From Dendrobates tinctorius (Eukaryota): DNA of 64,000 nucleotides. The DNA lies in assembly GCF_039654945.1 (NCBI RefSeq), contig NW_027361824.1, positions 10,912,001 to 10,976,000 of the forward strand, given 5' to 3'. How positions within the stretch are numbered: the stretch's first letter is position 1; each line of letters starts with the position of its first letter. A model generated the notes under the pieces. The model was not told the origin of the DNA. It did no database searches and saw only the letters and a list, made by a program, of their open reading frames with translations. A program made the translations under genes and the position numbers. This document shows positions 53,595 to 64,000 of the stretch, piece after piece.

Positions 53595-54557
53595 CTAGTT
53601 TAAAGCTCTCCTTACAAGTGTAGCAAGGCGACTTCCAAATACATGCTTTCCAGTCTTCGTAAGGTGCACCCCATCTCTAGCAAGTAGTCCATCGTATAAG
53701 TAGTTCACTCCGTGATCCAGAAATCCAAATCGTTGCTGACGGCACCATCGACGTAGCCAGTTGTTCACCTGCAGAATCTTATTCCACCTCCTTGTTCCAT
53801 GGCCATCCACTGGGAGGATGGAAGAGAAGACCACCTGCGCTCCCAGTTCTTTCACTTTCTTGCCTAAGTCTTCAAAGTCTCTGCAGATGGTTTCCAGGTC
53901 GTTTCTTGCGGTGTCATTTGTCCCCACATGTAGTAGCAGGAATGGGTAGTCATCTGTAGGTCTGAAGAGTCCTGATATCCTGTCAGACACATCTTTAATT
54001 TTTGCACCTGGAAGACAGCACATTTCTCTTGTAGTTATATCCGGTCTGCAGATAGCGGCCTCTGTTCCTCTCAACAGGGAATCCCCCATGACCACCACTC
54101 TCCGTTTCTTCTTCACGACATTTTTCTTTCTCCATCCAGGAGGACTCTGAAGGCGTACAAGGTTGCTGTTTGTGGGCAAAGTCTTATCCTGATGTATTTC
54201 TTCATCGTTTTCCTGCGTGAGAGCCTGGTACTGGTTCCTGAGCAGTATGGGTGCTGACTGCCTCCTGATCCTCCTGCTTCTCTGGGTCACATGTCTCCAT
54301 TCCTCTGTTTCTTCAGGTGCACTTCGAATTTCTTCTCTTTCTGTAACATGAAGAGATAATTCTGCTCTGTCCAAGAACTCTTCACCTTCCTTAATGGTCT
54401 TCAACGTAGCTAACCTCTCTTCGAGATTTTGCAACTTTTCCTCCAACAGGGACACAAGCTTGCATTTGTGGCATGTGAAGTTTGGCTTTTCCACTGGTAA
54501 GTCTGTGAACATGTAGCAAGAAATGCAGCTCACCAAATGGCTCCTGGCCTCTTCCAT
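53595..54557 (-). CDS. CR1 ORF1 protein (Cys-rich/coiled-coil N-terminus plus SGNH esterase domain), intact 320 aa
   Basis: [33 protein letters not shown]; SGNH blocks VMGDSLL, CLPGAKI, LHVGTND, DGVHL. Confidence 0.9.
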   Translation of the reverse strand: MEEARSHLVSCISCYMFTDLPVEKPNFTCHKCKLVSLLEEKLQNLEERLATLKTIKEGEEFLDRAELSLHVTEREEIRSAPEETEEWRHVTQRSRRIRRQSAPILLRNQYQALTQENDEEIHQDKTLPTNSNLVRLQSPPGWRKKNVVKKKRRVVVMGDSLLRGTEAAICRPDITTREMCCLPGAKIKDVSDRISGLFRPTDDYPFLLLHVGTNDTARNDLETICRDFEDLGKKVKELGAQVVFSSILPVDGHGTRRWNKILQVNNWLRRWCRQQRFGFLDHGVNYLYDGLLARDGVHLTKTGKHVFGSRLATLVRRALN

Positions 54558-57500
54558 CTTGTTATTGTTAGAGATTTCAAAGCAATGAAAAATCAGCGCA
54601 CGGTTTTCCGATATCCTCTTTTCAGCTGCAACAGCCAAAATCCAGTGATCGTTGAGCTCGCGGAGACTCTTCACTTATCCCAGAAGGCACTGGGACTATG
54701 CAAATTATCTCCTCAGGACTCTTCCCCTGGTTTCCAATACTGATCTCCAATGCTTTACCATAGAAGCCAAACCAGAGAGACATGGAAGAAAACAGAAGAC
54801 GACCATTCTAATGGATGGAAGAACAGCCAGAATGGCAAAGGCTCAGCCAATGATCGGCTCCTGGATGATCACAGACAGTCACCTGTGAGGACTGTGACAG
54901 AAGACGCCTGTGACACTAATCTCTGAGCAAGACGTCCCCGCAGAGTCCCACTATGAAAAAAAAGACATGTACTGAAGAGGATACAATTTGCCAAACACAT
55001 GAACTGGCCTAAAGAGAAATGGAGAAACATTTTGTGGACTGATGAAAGTAAAATCGTTCTTTTTGGGTCCAAGGGTCACAGACAGTTCATCAGACGACCC
55101 CCAAAGTCCGCACTCAAGCCACAGTACACCCTACAGACAGTGAAGCATGGTGGAAGCATCATGATATGGGCATGTTTCTCTTACTATGGTGCCGGACCTA
55201 TTTAAAACGTAGCAGGGATCTGCATATATTCTAATACTTGAAGAGGTCATGTTGCTTATGCTCAAGAGGATATGCCCTTGAAGTAGGTGTTTCAGCAAGA
55301 CAGCGACCCTAAACACAGCAGTAAACCAGCAAAATCTTGGTTCCAGTCCAACAAAATTGAGGTTATTGCGTGGCCAGCCTGATCCCCAGACCTTAATCAG
55401 ATAGGAAACTTGTGGGGTGACATCAAAAATGCCGTTTCTGAGACAAAACCAACAAATGACAAAGAATTGTCTGATGTAGGCTGGAGTCACACTTACCGTA
55501 TAAAAAAAAATCGGTCCGATTCTGACGGCCGAGAATCGCACAAATGTTCCCTGAACGGTGATCCGTACGTAATCTGTTTGCAACGCGAGGATGCGATTTC
55601 CACACATCTGGTAACTGTGTGACATCCGTATGCAGTGCCATTTTAACATGAGCTTCTTCATACAACAGTTCTCTCTATGCAAAATCATTGTAAAACACAA
55701 CTGTACACATCGTTTTAAAACCAAATAATCTTCAGAACATACAAACACACAGCTCTGGCAAAAAATTAAGAGACCACTTTTCAATTTTTCAGTTTGTCTG
55801 ATTTTTCTCTTTATAGGTAGAGGTCAGTGCCTAATACTGTTCGTAATATGTGCGTGTAAAATTTGGGACTTTTATGGATTTCCTAAAAGAATGTATTCAT
55901 GGAAAAAACTGGCGTGCGCTCCCGCGCAATTTTCTGCGCCAGAGAGGGAAAGCCAGTGACTGAGGGCAGATACCGGTTCCACATTGGGCGGTGAGTGGTG
56001 GAGGCGACCACGCACGATCTGCAGGTATTTGTAGACATGACATCACTGGTCTTGGAATAACCCTTTAAGGAGTAGGATCCACTTTACTGATAGAATGGCC
56101 TCTAGCCCACTGGGAACATTTTCCCTTACATTTTGGAACAAGGCTCCCGGCATAATTGACAAGATCGTTGTCGCCTTTCCATGTTGAATTTGGGTGCAGA
56201 GGACAGCTGACCATTACTCATCGTCCACCAGACTCTACAGTTTGAAATCACGGTGCCGTGTCTCCCGTCCACCACTGCTCCATAATCCAGTGCTGGGAGC
56301 TTTACCGCTGTCCAGCTGCCACCTGGCATTGAGTATAGTGATCTCGGGCTTTGGTTTGGCAGCTCCGGACTGTGGTCGTGTGAATAAACTCATACTTGCT
56401 CACCACTTGGCTCCTGCAAGGAAACTGATGACTTGGGAGACGCTGCCCTATATTAAGATCGTAATCACCAAGGTCTATGCGTGGCCTATAGTGAGCATAG
56501 CCCTGGATTCTCAATCCCAGGGGACACATACTTTGGCTATGAATTGTATCGCGTAAAAGACGCTCTAGTGCACCAGTTATAATGGTCTTACCCATGTCTC
56601 ATAGGGGGCACTGGATGACCAGGGACTCATAGGGCCGCATTTTGGGTGTAACTACAGAATAAATCATGAATAAATTATTTTGACAATAATTTAGTATTAT
56701 AACCCTACCGTAAAGCACTTCTGCTTCATATTTTATTAGATCTTGACCCTAAAGGCGTTCTCCAATGTGCACAATCCCTACGTGTTAGAAAAGTCCCTTG
56801 CCAATAAGCTGATCCCAAAGTTTCCTCCTGCTGAGATCTACAGTGATCAGTTGGGAAAACCCGAGGGTTTGATTTCCCTACACTGCCCCCACAGGAGAAA
56901 TGAAGTATTACCCAGTATTCATTCATATCAATGCGTTGTGCGTGTAAGGCAAGATCGGAAGATTTCTCCAGAGCGAGAGACTCTATAAACGCTCTCTATT
57001 CTGGCTAAGAGATACGGATCGCCTTTAGTATCTCAAGTTCACTGAGTTCCGTTGGACGCACATGATCCAATCACTCTTCCAACAGCCGGGTCTGTGTACA
57101 GTGACCCTCTCCTCACTGCCGGGCTGACAATAAAGCATTCTGACTTGTCAGGGAAGGAGCAGAGTCTTTGTAATACACAGTGTGCAGCAGAGACTATTCC
57201 TTCTACAGGGCAAGTAAGAAGGGACTGAATTGTCAGCTGCCAGAGGGGGAAGGAGACTGATTCTGTTCAGCATCACTAACGGGAGGTCATGGAAGCAAAA
57301 AATTATGAATAATGTATTTTCAGAATTACTTAACCTTTTCATAGGTGCACAGAGACATCCCCACCAATAGCTGCTGACGTCTGTTCTTTTGCGATGTGTG
57401 TGACCGGTTTTGATCAGTGCGCTGGATCAGACTTCTCCTCCCCAAAAAAACAGAAAAATTGAAAAGCTCTTCCCAATTTCGGTTACAAATGGACAACACA

Positions 57501-57772
57501 CACAAGCTGCTATCCGTTGTGCATTTTAGGATTTTTATAGACCCATAGACTTGTCTGGGCGATTTTGGTTCATGGCTGGGGTTGGACATCGCTGTGATTT
57601 TACACTTGGTCTGCTAAAAAACAAAACACAGACATCTGAACAGCCCCATAGACTTTAACGGTGTCCACGTTAGGGCATCTGAATTAGGCTTTAATATCTC
57701 AGTAGTGCAGCCTCAGGCTTTGGGCCTGCAATTTCAACTTATCCAATTATTTTTTTTTAGAGGAATAGAATT

Positions 57773-58290
57773 TAAGGGGATTTCCACTATTTTAACTCTG
57801 TTTATAAATGGGTCAATGGCGGAGCTAACTTTAACAAAAATTCAAACACAAACTCTCCTACTGAACCCTCCGTAGTTTTGCTGGAGCTTAGTGCCAGCTT
57901 CCTGGCATCTTCTTCTGGCTGGGATTGGTCAGGTGACCACTACAGCAGACCAGCACCTACTGATTGGCTGCAGTGGTCATTTTCTAAAAGTAGTGGACTA
58001 CTACTTGCTGATCGGTGGGTATCAGACAGCTGGGATCTGCACCGATTGGCAGAATGAGGAACCTTTGGATGAATCGGAGGCCCGACAGCCGCTCTGTTCT
58101 TTATGGGGCTGCCAAAAAAAGGCCGAGCCCCACAGGAAACGAATGGTGCACAGGTCACACTGTCACTGCATTGTAGTTCCCCAATTCTGCCGATCAGTGC
58201 GGGTCTCAGAGGGTGGACCCACCCACGATCATCTGGACCCACCCACGATCATCTGGACCCACCCACGATCATCTGGACAACCCCTTTAAC
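57773..58290. mobile_element. T2/Kolobok-like MITE, with an internal 20-bp tandem repeat at about 58215-58278
   Basis: TTAA-GGGGATTTCCA ... TGGACAACCCCT-TTAA ends. Confidence 0.55.
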
Positions 58291-59044
58291 ATACAAAAAA
58301 CCCCACACCTTTACAAAGGTGGAAAAGTAAATGTTGCCGCGACAGAGTGACTACAGAGCGCACCGTCCTGCGTATCCTACATTTAATGAGAAATAAGGCG
58401 AAGTGCGCAACGTAAACGGAAAGTAACAAAGGACGCCGGCGGTTTTCATCTTTCTGGCCGAATCTCCATTATTGTCACACCAGACTCTTGGTTTGCTCCT
58501 GATAATCGCCGCCTTGTACAAGAAGCTTGGAAATGGAATCGTCAAAACCAGATTAGCCCCCCAAAATTATATAGGGGTCTGCAACGTGGACACAGTCCTG
58601 GAGAAGCGCTACTCCTGTGCCGAGGTTCTGAGTCAAGAGTCTTTGTAAGTAAAGCTTAAAGGGGTTGTCTACTACTGGGACAACCACTTCTAGATCTAAG
58701 AGAGAGACCTGGGACACTGGGGGAACGGTGCCGGCACGGGAGACGCGTTTTTAGGGAGGTTGTTTGAGGGTCAGCTGAGCGGGAGGGAACCACTCCGCTG
58801 CCAGGAAGGACAATCAGGGTTCAGACGCTTTCCTATCCCCAGAGGTCACTTGCTATAGATTGACTACACCGACCCGGCATTATAGATACATTTGTTGTCA
58901 CCATTCTATTATACGTTATGTTTTTAAATGGTTACGATTAAGTTATTTTTTTTAAGTTTTTTTTTTTCTCTTCTTTGGTTTGATGTGATTGATACACCCT
59001 TTGCTCATATTACTTAGGTTTTCTAGTTGTCCTAGTACTTGGGT

Positions 59045-59857
59045 AATTCAACATAATCTAATACGGTTTTTGTTGCTGTTTAGATTGGAAGTGATTCCAA
59101 CTCAAGAGGATAAAAATCACAATAATTTTTATTGAATATCAAAACAAAATAAAATAATGAATAAAAAAAAGAGACAGGGTGAAAAAAAACTCCAAAAAGG
59201 AGGGAAAACACACTGCAAAAAGAGGTATGTGGTAAGAAGTGGTGGGACAAAATGCCGGGGGGTAGCCACGGAACAGAACCCACCGATGCTAACACAAAAA
59301 CCTAGAATGCGGAGGAACGTGGTCTGACAAAGAGGACTAGCTAAAAATGTTATATACGTGATTCCCACATAGGGTACTGTAAACAGGCGAGTCCCAGGGA
59401 AGGCCGATGCCGTGAGGTACCTAGATGCAGTCAGTACCAATGCTCTGCACTAGTGTGCCCCCAGAAGAAGCGAGCAGCGAAACGGCGCCCGTCGGGTGTG
59501 AGGGGAACACAGACAGCGCCACACAACCATTCTCCCATAGGAAATGTTTCATTTCTATCGGCTCTTAATTTCTCTGTATGCCTCTGGGATATTGGTGTAT
59601 AGTGGGGGAATCTTTTCTGGGAAGCCTTTTCGGCGGTGTCACACTAGCCCTATTTTGTCCCACCACTTCTTACCACATACCAATTTTTGCTGTGTGTTTC
59701 CCCCTTCTTTTTGGAGGTTTTTTTTTCGCCCTGTTTTTATAATTCAATATTATGTTTTTAATTTTGATATTGAATAAAAATTATTGTGACTTTACCCTCT
59801 GGAGTTGGAATCGCTTCCCATCTAAACAGCAACAAACTATTAGACTAAGTCGAATTA
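59045..59857. repeat. Long imperfect inverted repeat (arms about 59045-59253 and 59652-59857) with a central hammerhead-like motif; Penelope pLTR-like
   Basis: Arms reverse-complement (TTTGTTGCTGTTTAGAT..GTATGTGGTAAGAAGTGGTGGGACAAAAT); centre CCC-CAGAAGA-AGCGAGCAGC-GAAAC-GGCGCCC-GTC-GGG at 59459-59496. Confidence 0.7.
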
Positions 59858-59960
59858 TTGATTTAGATGCTCATTATTGGATATATAGAAATGCTAGTAC
59901 TTGGGGAGTGTGGGGGGGTCTCCAGAATTAAAACACAAAACATGGCTGCTTTCTTCTACA

Positions 59961-59991
<31 letters not shown>

Positions 59992-61129
59992 AAAAAATAT
60001 AGGAGCAACTCCTGTCCACAGGCTCCAGCCCACCACATATAGGGGCAGCGTGGATGTTTTTCTAATCCTGTTTGAACACTTTATGACCTCAATTACTTTG
60101 TCACCTCCTTATTATTGCAGGATAAGGGTGCACCTTTCAGCGTCACTCACCCAGCGTCACTCCCATTCTCTGACACATCCGAGGTGGGTGGGGATTGAGG
60201 ACGTGGGCCGCCGCTGCCACCGCTTCTAGCTCGGGTCTGACTGCATCTAGCGCCATCAAAACTGCTTCACAGCTGTGACACCCCTTCTTAAAGACCCCCA
60301 GGAAGAAGAGAGTACGAAACGCGCGCCGGGGCTATTTTGCCTACCCCAGCAAACACATCATTGTTCAGGTATCATTTCTATATCTTTGACTATTTCATGC
60401 TGCATTCTCTTACAGGAGTCTGGCTTAAATACCTATATTATGGTGTATGTGCGTACTCCTCTTCACATGAACATATATTATACTTTTTTTGGGCAATGCA
60501 CCACTTTTTGTAACCATTTCGGGAGTATAATTACCTTTCGAGATACATACAAATCCTCCTTATTTCGGTCTAGTTCACATGCCATATATTTAAACACTAG
60601 ATCTCCTTCGATATTGAAGCTATGGCGCACTAGCTGGCCTCATCTATCACGGTAACTTTTTGATAAATTCCATCATAGGTGGATTTACCTCTGTGTTAAT
60701 TTATTTTATAATTCCTTGTGACTGTGCTATGTTCTCTCCCCACTCTTACAATTTCATATTTTATTGGATTTTAAACTGTTTAATAAAGATTATTATATAT
60801 TACCCCTTTGGGTTTATGCACTTCCTTTTTGGTTGTTATGTATTTTGGGAGTACTCCCATCTATTTCCCTTATAGGCATTAACTTTCTAGGACTTTCTGG
60901 CCCGGAATCATCAGTTTTCACTAGAATTCCTCCTATAAAACTGATGTTACTTTTGCCAATTTTATGCCGCGGAGAGAACGAATTCATCAGCATGCAACAG
61001 GCCAATGGATCATCAGAGAACTGGTCAAACATCCCGGGGAGCATCAGTTCAGGGTTAGTAGTCAGGGTGGGGATTCTAGACATGAGTAGCCCTTCACCTC
61101 CAGAATCTGGAATGTGGCCCGCTTCGGGA

Positions 61130-63851
61130 TCAGGACATGGAGTTTGAGTCCTTCGGGTGGGCCGTAAGATCGAACCTCTGCACTCTGTGCCGATTGTGGA
61201 GGGCCTGGTGGGCTTCCAAAACTGATCTGATTGAAAAACACTTTCCGCAATCGGAGCAAGCGAACGATCTTTTGCCCGTGTGGACGCTCTGATGGGTGAT
61301 GAGGTGGCACATCTGGGTGAACCGTCTCCCGCATTCAGAGCAAGAAAAGGGCTTCTCTCCCGTGTGAGTCCTCCGGTGAATAATGAGACCCGTCTTGTCT
61401 GACAGACACTTCCCGCAGTCAGGACAGGCGAAGGCGCCGGTGTGGATCCTCTGATGCTTCACCAGGCTCGACTTTTTCATGAACGACTTCCCGCATTCCA
61501 AGCAGGAGAACGGCCTTTCCTCTTTTGGAGCTTGTCTCGGCAGTGGTTCCCCCACCTTGGGTTCATGAATGTGATAAGTCCACTCGTGGACCACCAGGGC
61601 GGATTTATCCATGAAGGTCTGCTGACACAAGGCGCAGTGGTAGATTTTCTCGTGCATCCTCTGGTGAGAGATCAGGTCGATCTCGCTTCGGAAGCTCCGC
61701 CCACACTGCAGACATTTTTTCGCCGTGAGGATCTCCATGGTCGGTGATACATTTACGGCCCCACCCCCATATGTCATTAGATTACTGGAGGACGCATCTA
61801 CATGGTGGGGGGTATTACGAATCAAGTTTGGTAAATTTGTGCTCCTCAGGGGCGGAGCTTCATTCAGAGCAGTCTTGGGTTTCACCATTAACATTTTGCG
61901 GGAAGTAATCCCTTTCAGCTCAGTTGGAATAACTCCGTTTTTAAGGTGGATAGGAATTAATAGGTGGGGGGATTCCGGCTGCACTTTCCAAGTGGTTGGT
62001 AGACCTGTAATATAGTCAAAGGGGAGAAGGTGAATAAACTAAGATGTGTAACCCCTCCCACACTGAAGCCCCGCCCATGAGGAGCTGGTCAGGGGCTGTA
62101 AATGTCAAGCATACGCAGGAATATCCAGTACTTTCTAGTTCTGTACTATGGTAAGTACACCGCGATCAGAGCAGGGTGTCAGTACTCACCTGAGCGGCTC
62201 TTGGAGGGATCTGGTTCTTCCTTACACCAGTCGGGCAGTGCAATGTCTCCAGCTTCAGCCTGTAATACGAGATGTGTCACAAAGATCATACATACACATA
62301 TATATATATATATGTGTCTACATCGGCTGCAGAGGTCTGATGCTTTAATATGACAGCTGGGGACAAGTGGAAATGTGATAGCGTTGCGGCTTCAAAAAAT
62401 AAAACAATTGGTGAGGGTCAAAATGTGCGGAGTTAAAGGTTAGAAGGGTCTCAATACCTGATATTCCTCTAGGATCATCTCGGCATCATCCTCTATACAG
62501 ATAGGGCTCCCACTGCTTTCTGGGGAGTTCACCGATCCATGGTCACCTGCAGGAAAGGGACACACACGTTTGAAGCAATTGCATCACCCATGGGGGGGTC
62601 CCTTGCTGCAGGTAATCCGTAGGAGCCAGTGAATGACACCTCTTGGCCGTAGCATTATATTCTAAAGTTTACAGGAACGCCTGCAACTAAACATTGGATA
62701 ATCCGCCATCGATAGGAAATGACAGGCGATTATAGAATATTATGGTGAATTCGACGTTTGCACCTTTAACCCCTTCCCATCATGAGCAATTTATTTTTTT
62801 TTCCTCCATAACTTTTCATTAATTTTAAAATCCCATAACCAAAACAGGTGATGAATTTTTTGATAACTGGTTGGTCATTCCTTTAATCCGGCACGGAATG
62901 TTCTGGATGACTTGCGCAGCATTTGGCTCATCTCCAACAGTCCCACAGCAGGATGTTCTGACGATCGGAGGAGATCTCAGGTGTGGGACCGCCACTAATC
63001 TGCAGAGGAGTGCGTCTCACCTGAGCTGATCTGTACCGGGGCGTCTTCCTCTTTGCACCGGGGCGGTGAGATCTCTTTTACCGGATGAGCCTGTCACAAA
63101 AAAAACAGGAACAGGTTTATAATATGTCAGCGGGAGAGATTTCTCCATAATGAGAATGGCCAATCGTGGACCCTGACAGGGGTCACATGACAGCATTGCT
63201 CCACCTCCTGGACTCTACTAATTGCTAAGGAGTCAACAGGGCAGGGAAACTTAGTCCCATGAGACCTGTCTGATGGCGCTGGGGGTGATGGTGAGAGGCT
63301 GGACAGGTCCTTGCACCTGATATTCCTGCGTCACCATCCTGATATCTTCCTCCAGGTCTTTCTCGATAATAAGGGGGCTTTTGATGCTTTCGGGGGGCTT
63401 TGTCGGGATGTGTCCACCTGTGGGGAATAGACAGGCATGAGCCTATGTGGTAAAGAATTAGTTTTCACAATGGCGACACAATAGGATGGCGCCTCCCTTG
63501 TTGTACGTCTCGCTTTACAGCAGTGCTGTGCAGTCTGAATGCTAGAGAGAACCCAATGGCAGGTTTGTAATAATTATTGGAAGATCACATGCAGACTCAT
63601 GCGTTTCCATGGTTACGCCATTTTTTGCTGCCCCATAAGAGTAATCCATAATCCGACCACACTGATCTGTGGTCTGTAACCATGGAGACACATGGTTCTG
63701 CGTAGGAGCTGTATACACAAAGCAAATAATAATGGTTCACGTTACTGACCTGTGAGAGGGGCGTCAGCGGAGGCGGCTGCGTCCACCTGGAAGGTATTCA
63801 GCTCCTTGTCTTCATCTGCCGCCGTTTCGGCAGCACTGACCTCGTCACAGC
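61130..63851 (-). CDS. Paralogous C2H2 zinc-finger protein, gene B (3' part; 5' exons lie beyond the window end), 6 fingers
   Basis: Phase-consistent GT-AG exons 63851-63750, 63417-63317, 63090-63021, 62546-62458, 62259-62190, 62004-61130; CKEE exons as in gene A; terminal exon with six C2H2 fingers (e.g. CLECGKSFMKKSSLVKHQRIH, TGEKP linker). Confidence 0.85.
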
Positions 63852-64000
63852 CTGGGGGAAAGGAATATAAGTGTGTAAGACGCTATTTAAAGGGGAATAC
63901 GCGCTATAAAAAGTGACGATGAAATACCAGCAGATCCTGGAGGCGGATTATCCCCAGACACCACATCCTTGTAACGGTCCTTATGTCCTTCCAGATATTT

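Larger units (their letters stand above)
47980..54740 (-). mobile_element. Full-length CR1 LINE (about 4.1 kb net of the insert); ORF2 (APE + RT) disrupted
   Basis: TGATC duplicated at 47975-47979 and 54741-54745; APE motifs (IGITETW, MGDFN, GGSDH) at 52788-53440; RT motifs ([31 protein letters not shown]) at 48140-50150 with stops and frameshifts. Confidence 0.95.
47563..55470 (+). mobile_element. Degenerate Tc1 transposon D, split by the full-length CR1 (pieces about 47563-47979 and 54741-55470)
   Basis: TA-CAGTAGTGTTCAAAAT terminus; RHCSEEQR..CSAKMI|SNAL joins across the CR1; then NILWTDESKIVLFG, TVKHGGSIMIWACFS, QQDSDPKH, PDLNQIGNLW. Confidence 0.85.

Noticed and set aside
54558-54674. 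39-aa N-terminal extension of CR1 ORF1 in the ORF track
   Set aside because: It begins at a non-ATG codon; the first ATG is at 54557, so this is more likely 5'UTR.
56302-56595. Possible Penelope ORF N-terminal fragment (CPLGLRIQ)
   Set aside because: Only a short motif resemblance; no RT or GIY-YIG motifs are recognisable nearby.

Overview
Vertebrate genomic DNA, almost certainly from a frog (anuran), judged from the gene content, the FAX-type zinc-finger genes and the TE repertoire. Four spliced protein-coding genes can be reconstructed from splice sites: UCP2 (+, complete 308-aa CDS, with a 36-codon upstream ORF in its non-coding exon), DNAJB13 (-, complete 316-aa CDS, 8 exons, tail-to-tail with UCP2), a FAX/KRAB-like C2H2 zinc-finger gene (+, head-to-head with DNAJB13, about 446 aa, 5 fingers) and the 3' part of a paralogous zinc-finger gene (-, 6 fingers, runs off the right edge). 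The rest is TEs and tandem repeats: three full-length Tc1 elements side by side (one a single nonsense codon from intact), a full-length CR1 LINE nested in a Tc1 and itself interrupted by a 2.6-kb LTR-like insert, L2 and RTE LINE fragments, a fragmented DIRS fossil, solo LTRs, MITEs, degenerate Penelope-type minimal hammerhead motifs, and 30-, 34-, 35-, 25- and 36-bp minisatellites. Most long ORFs in the supplied track are repeat artefacts. The best leads are the apparently conserved UCP2 uORF peptide, the exon-pair modular build of the two zinc-finger genes, the RFX/ZNF143 bidirectional promoter, the near-intact Tc1 and the hammerhead-like inverted repeats. I found no clearly new multi-gene system.
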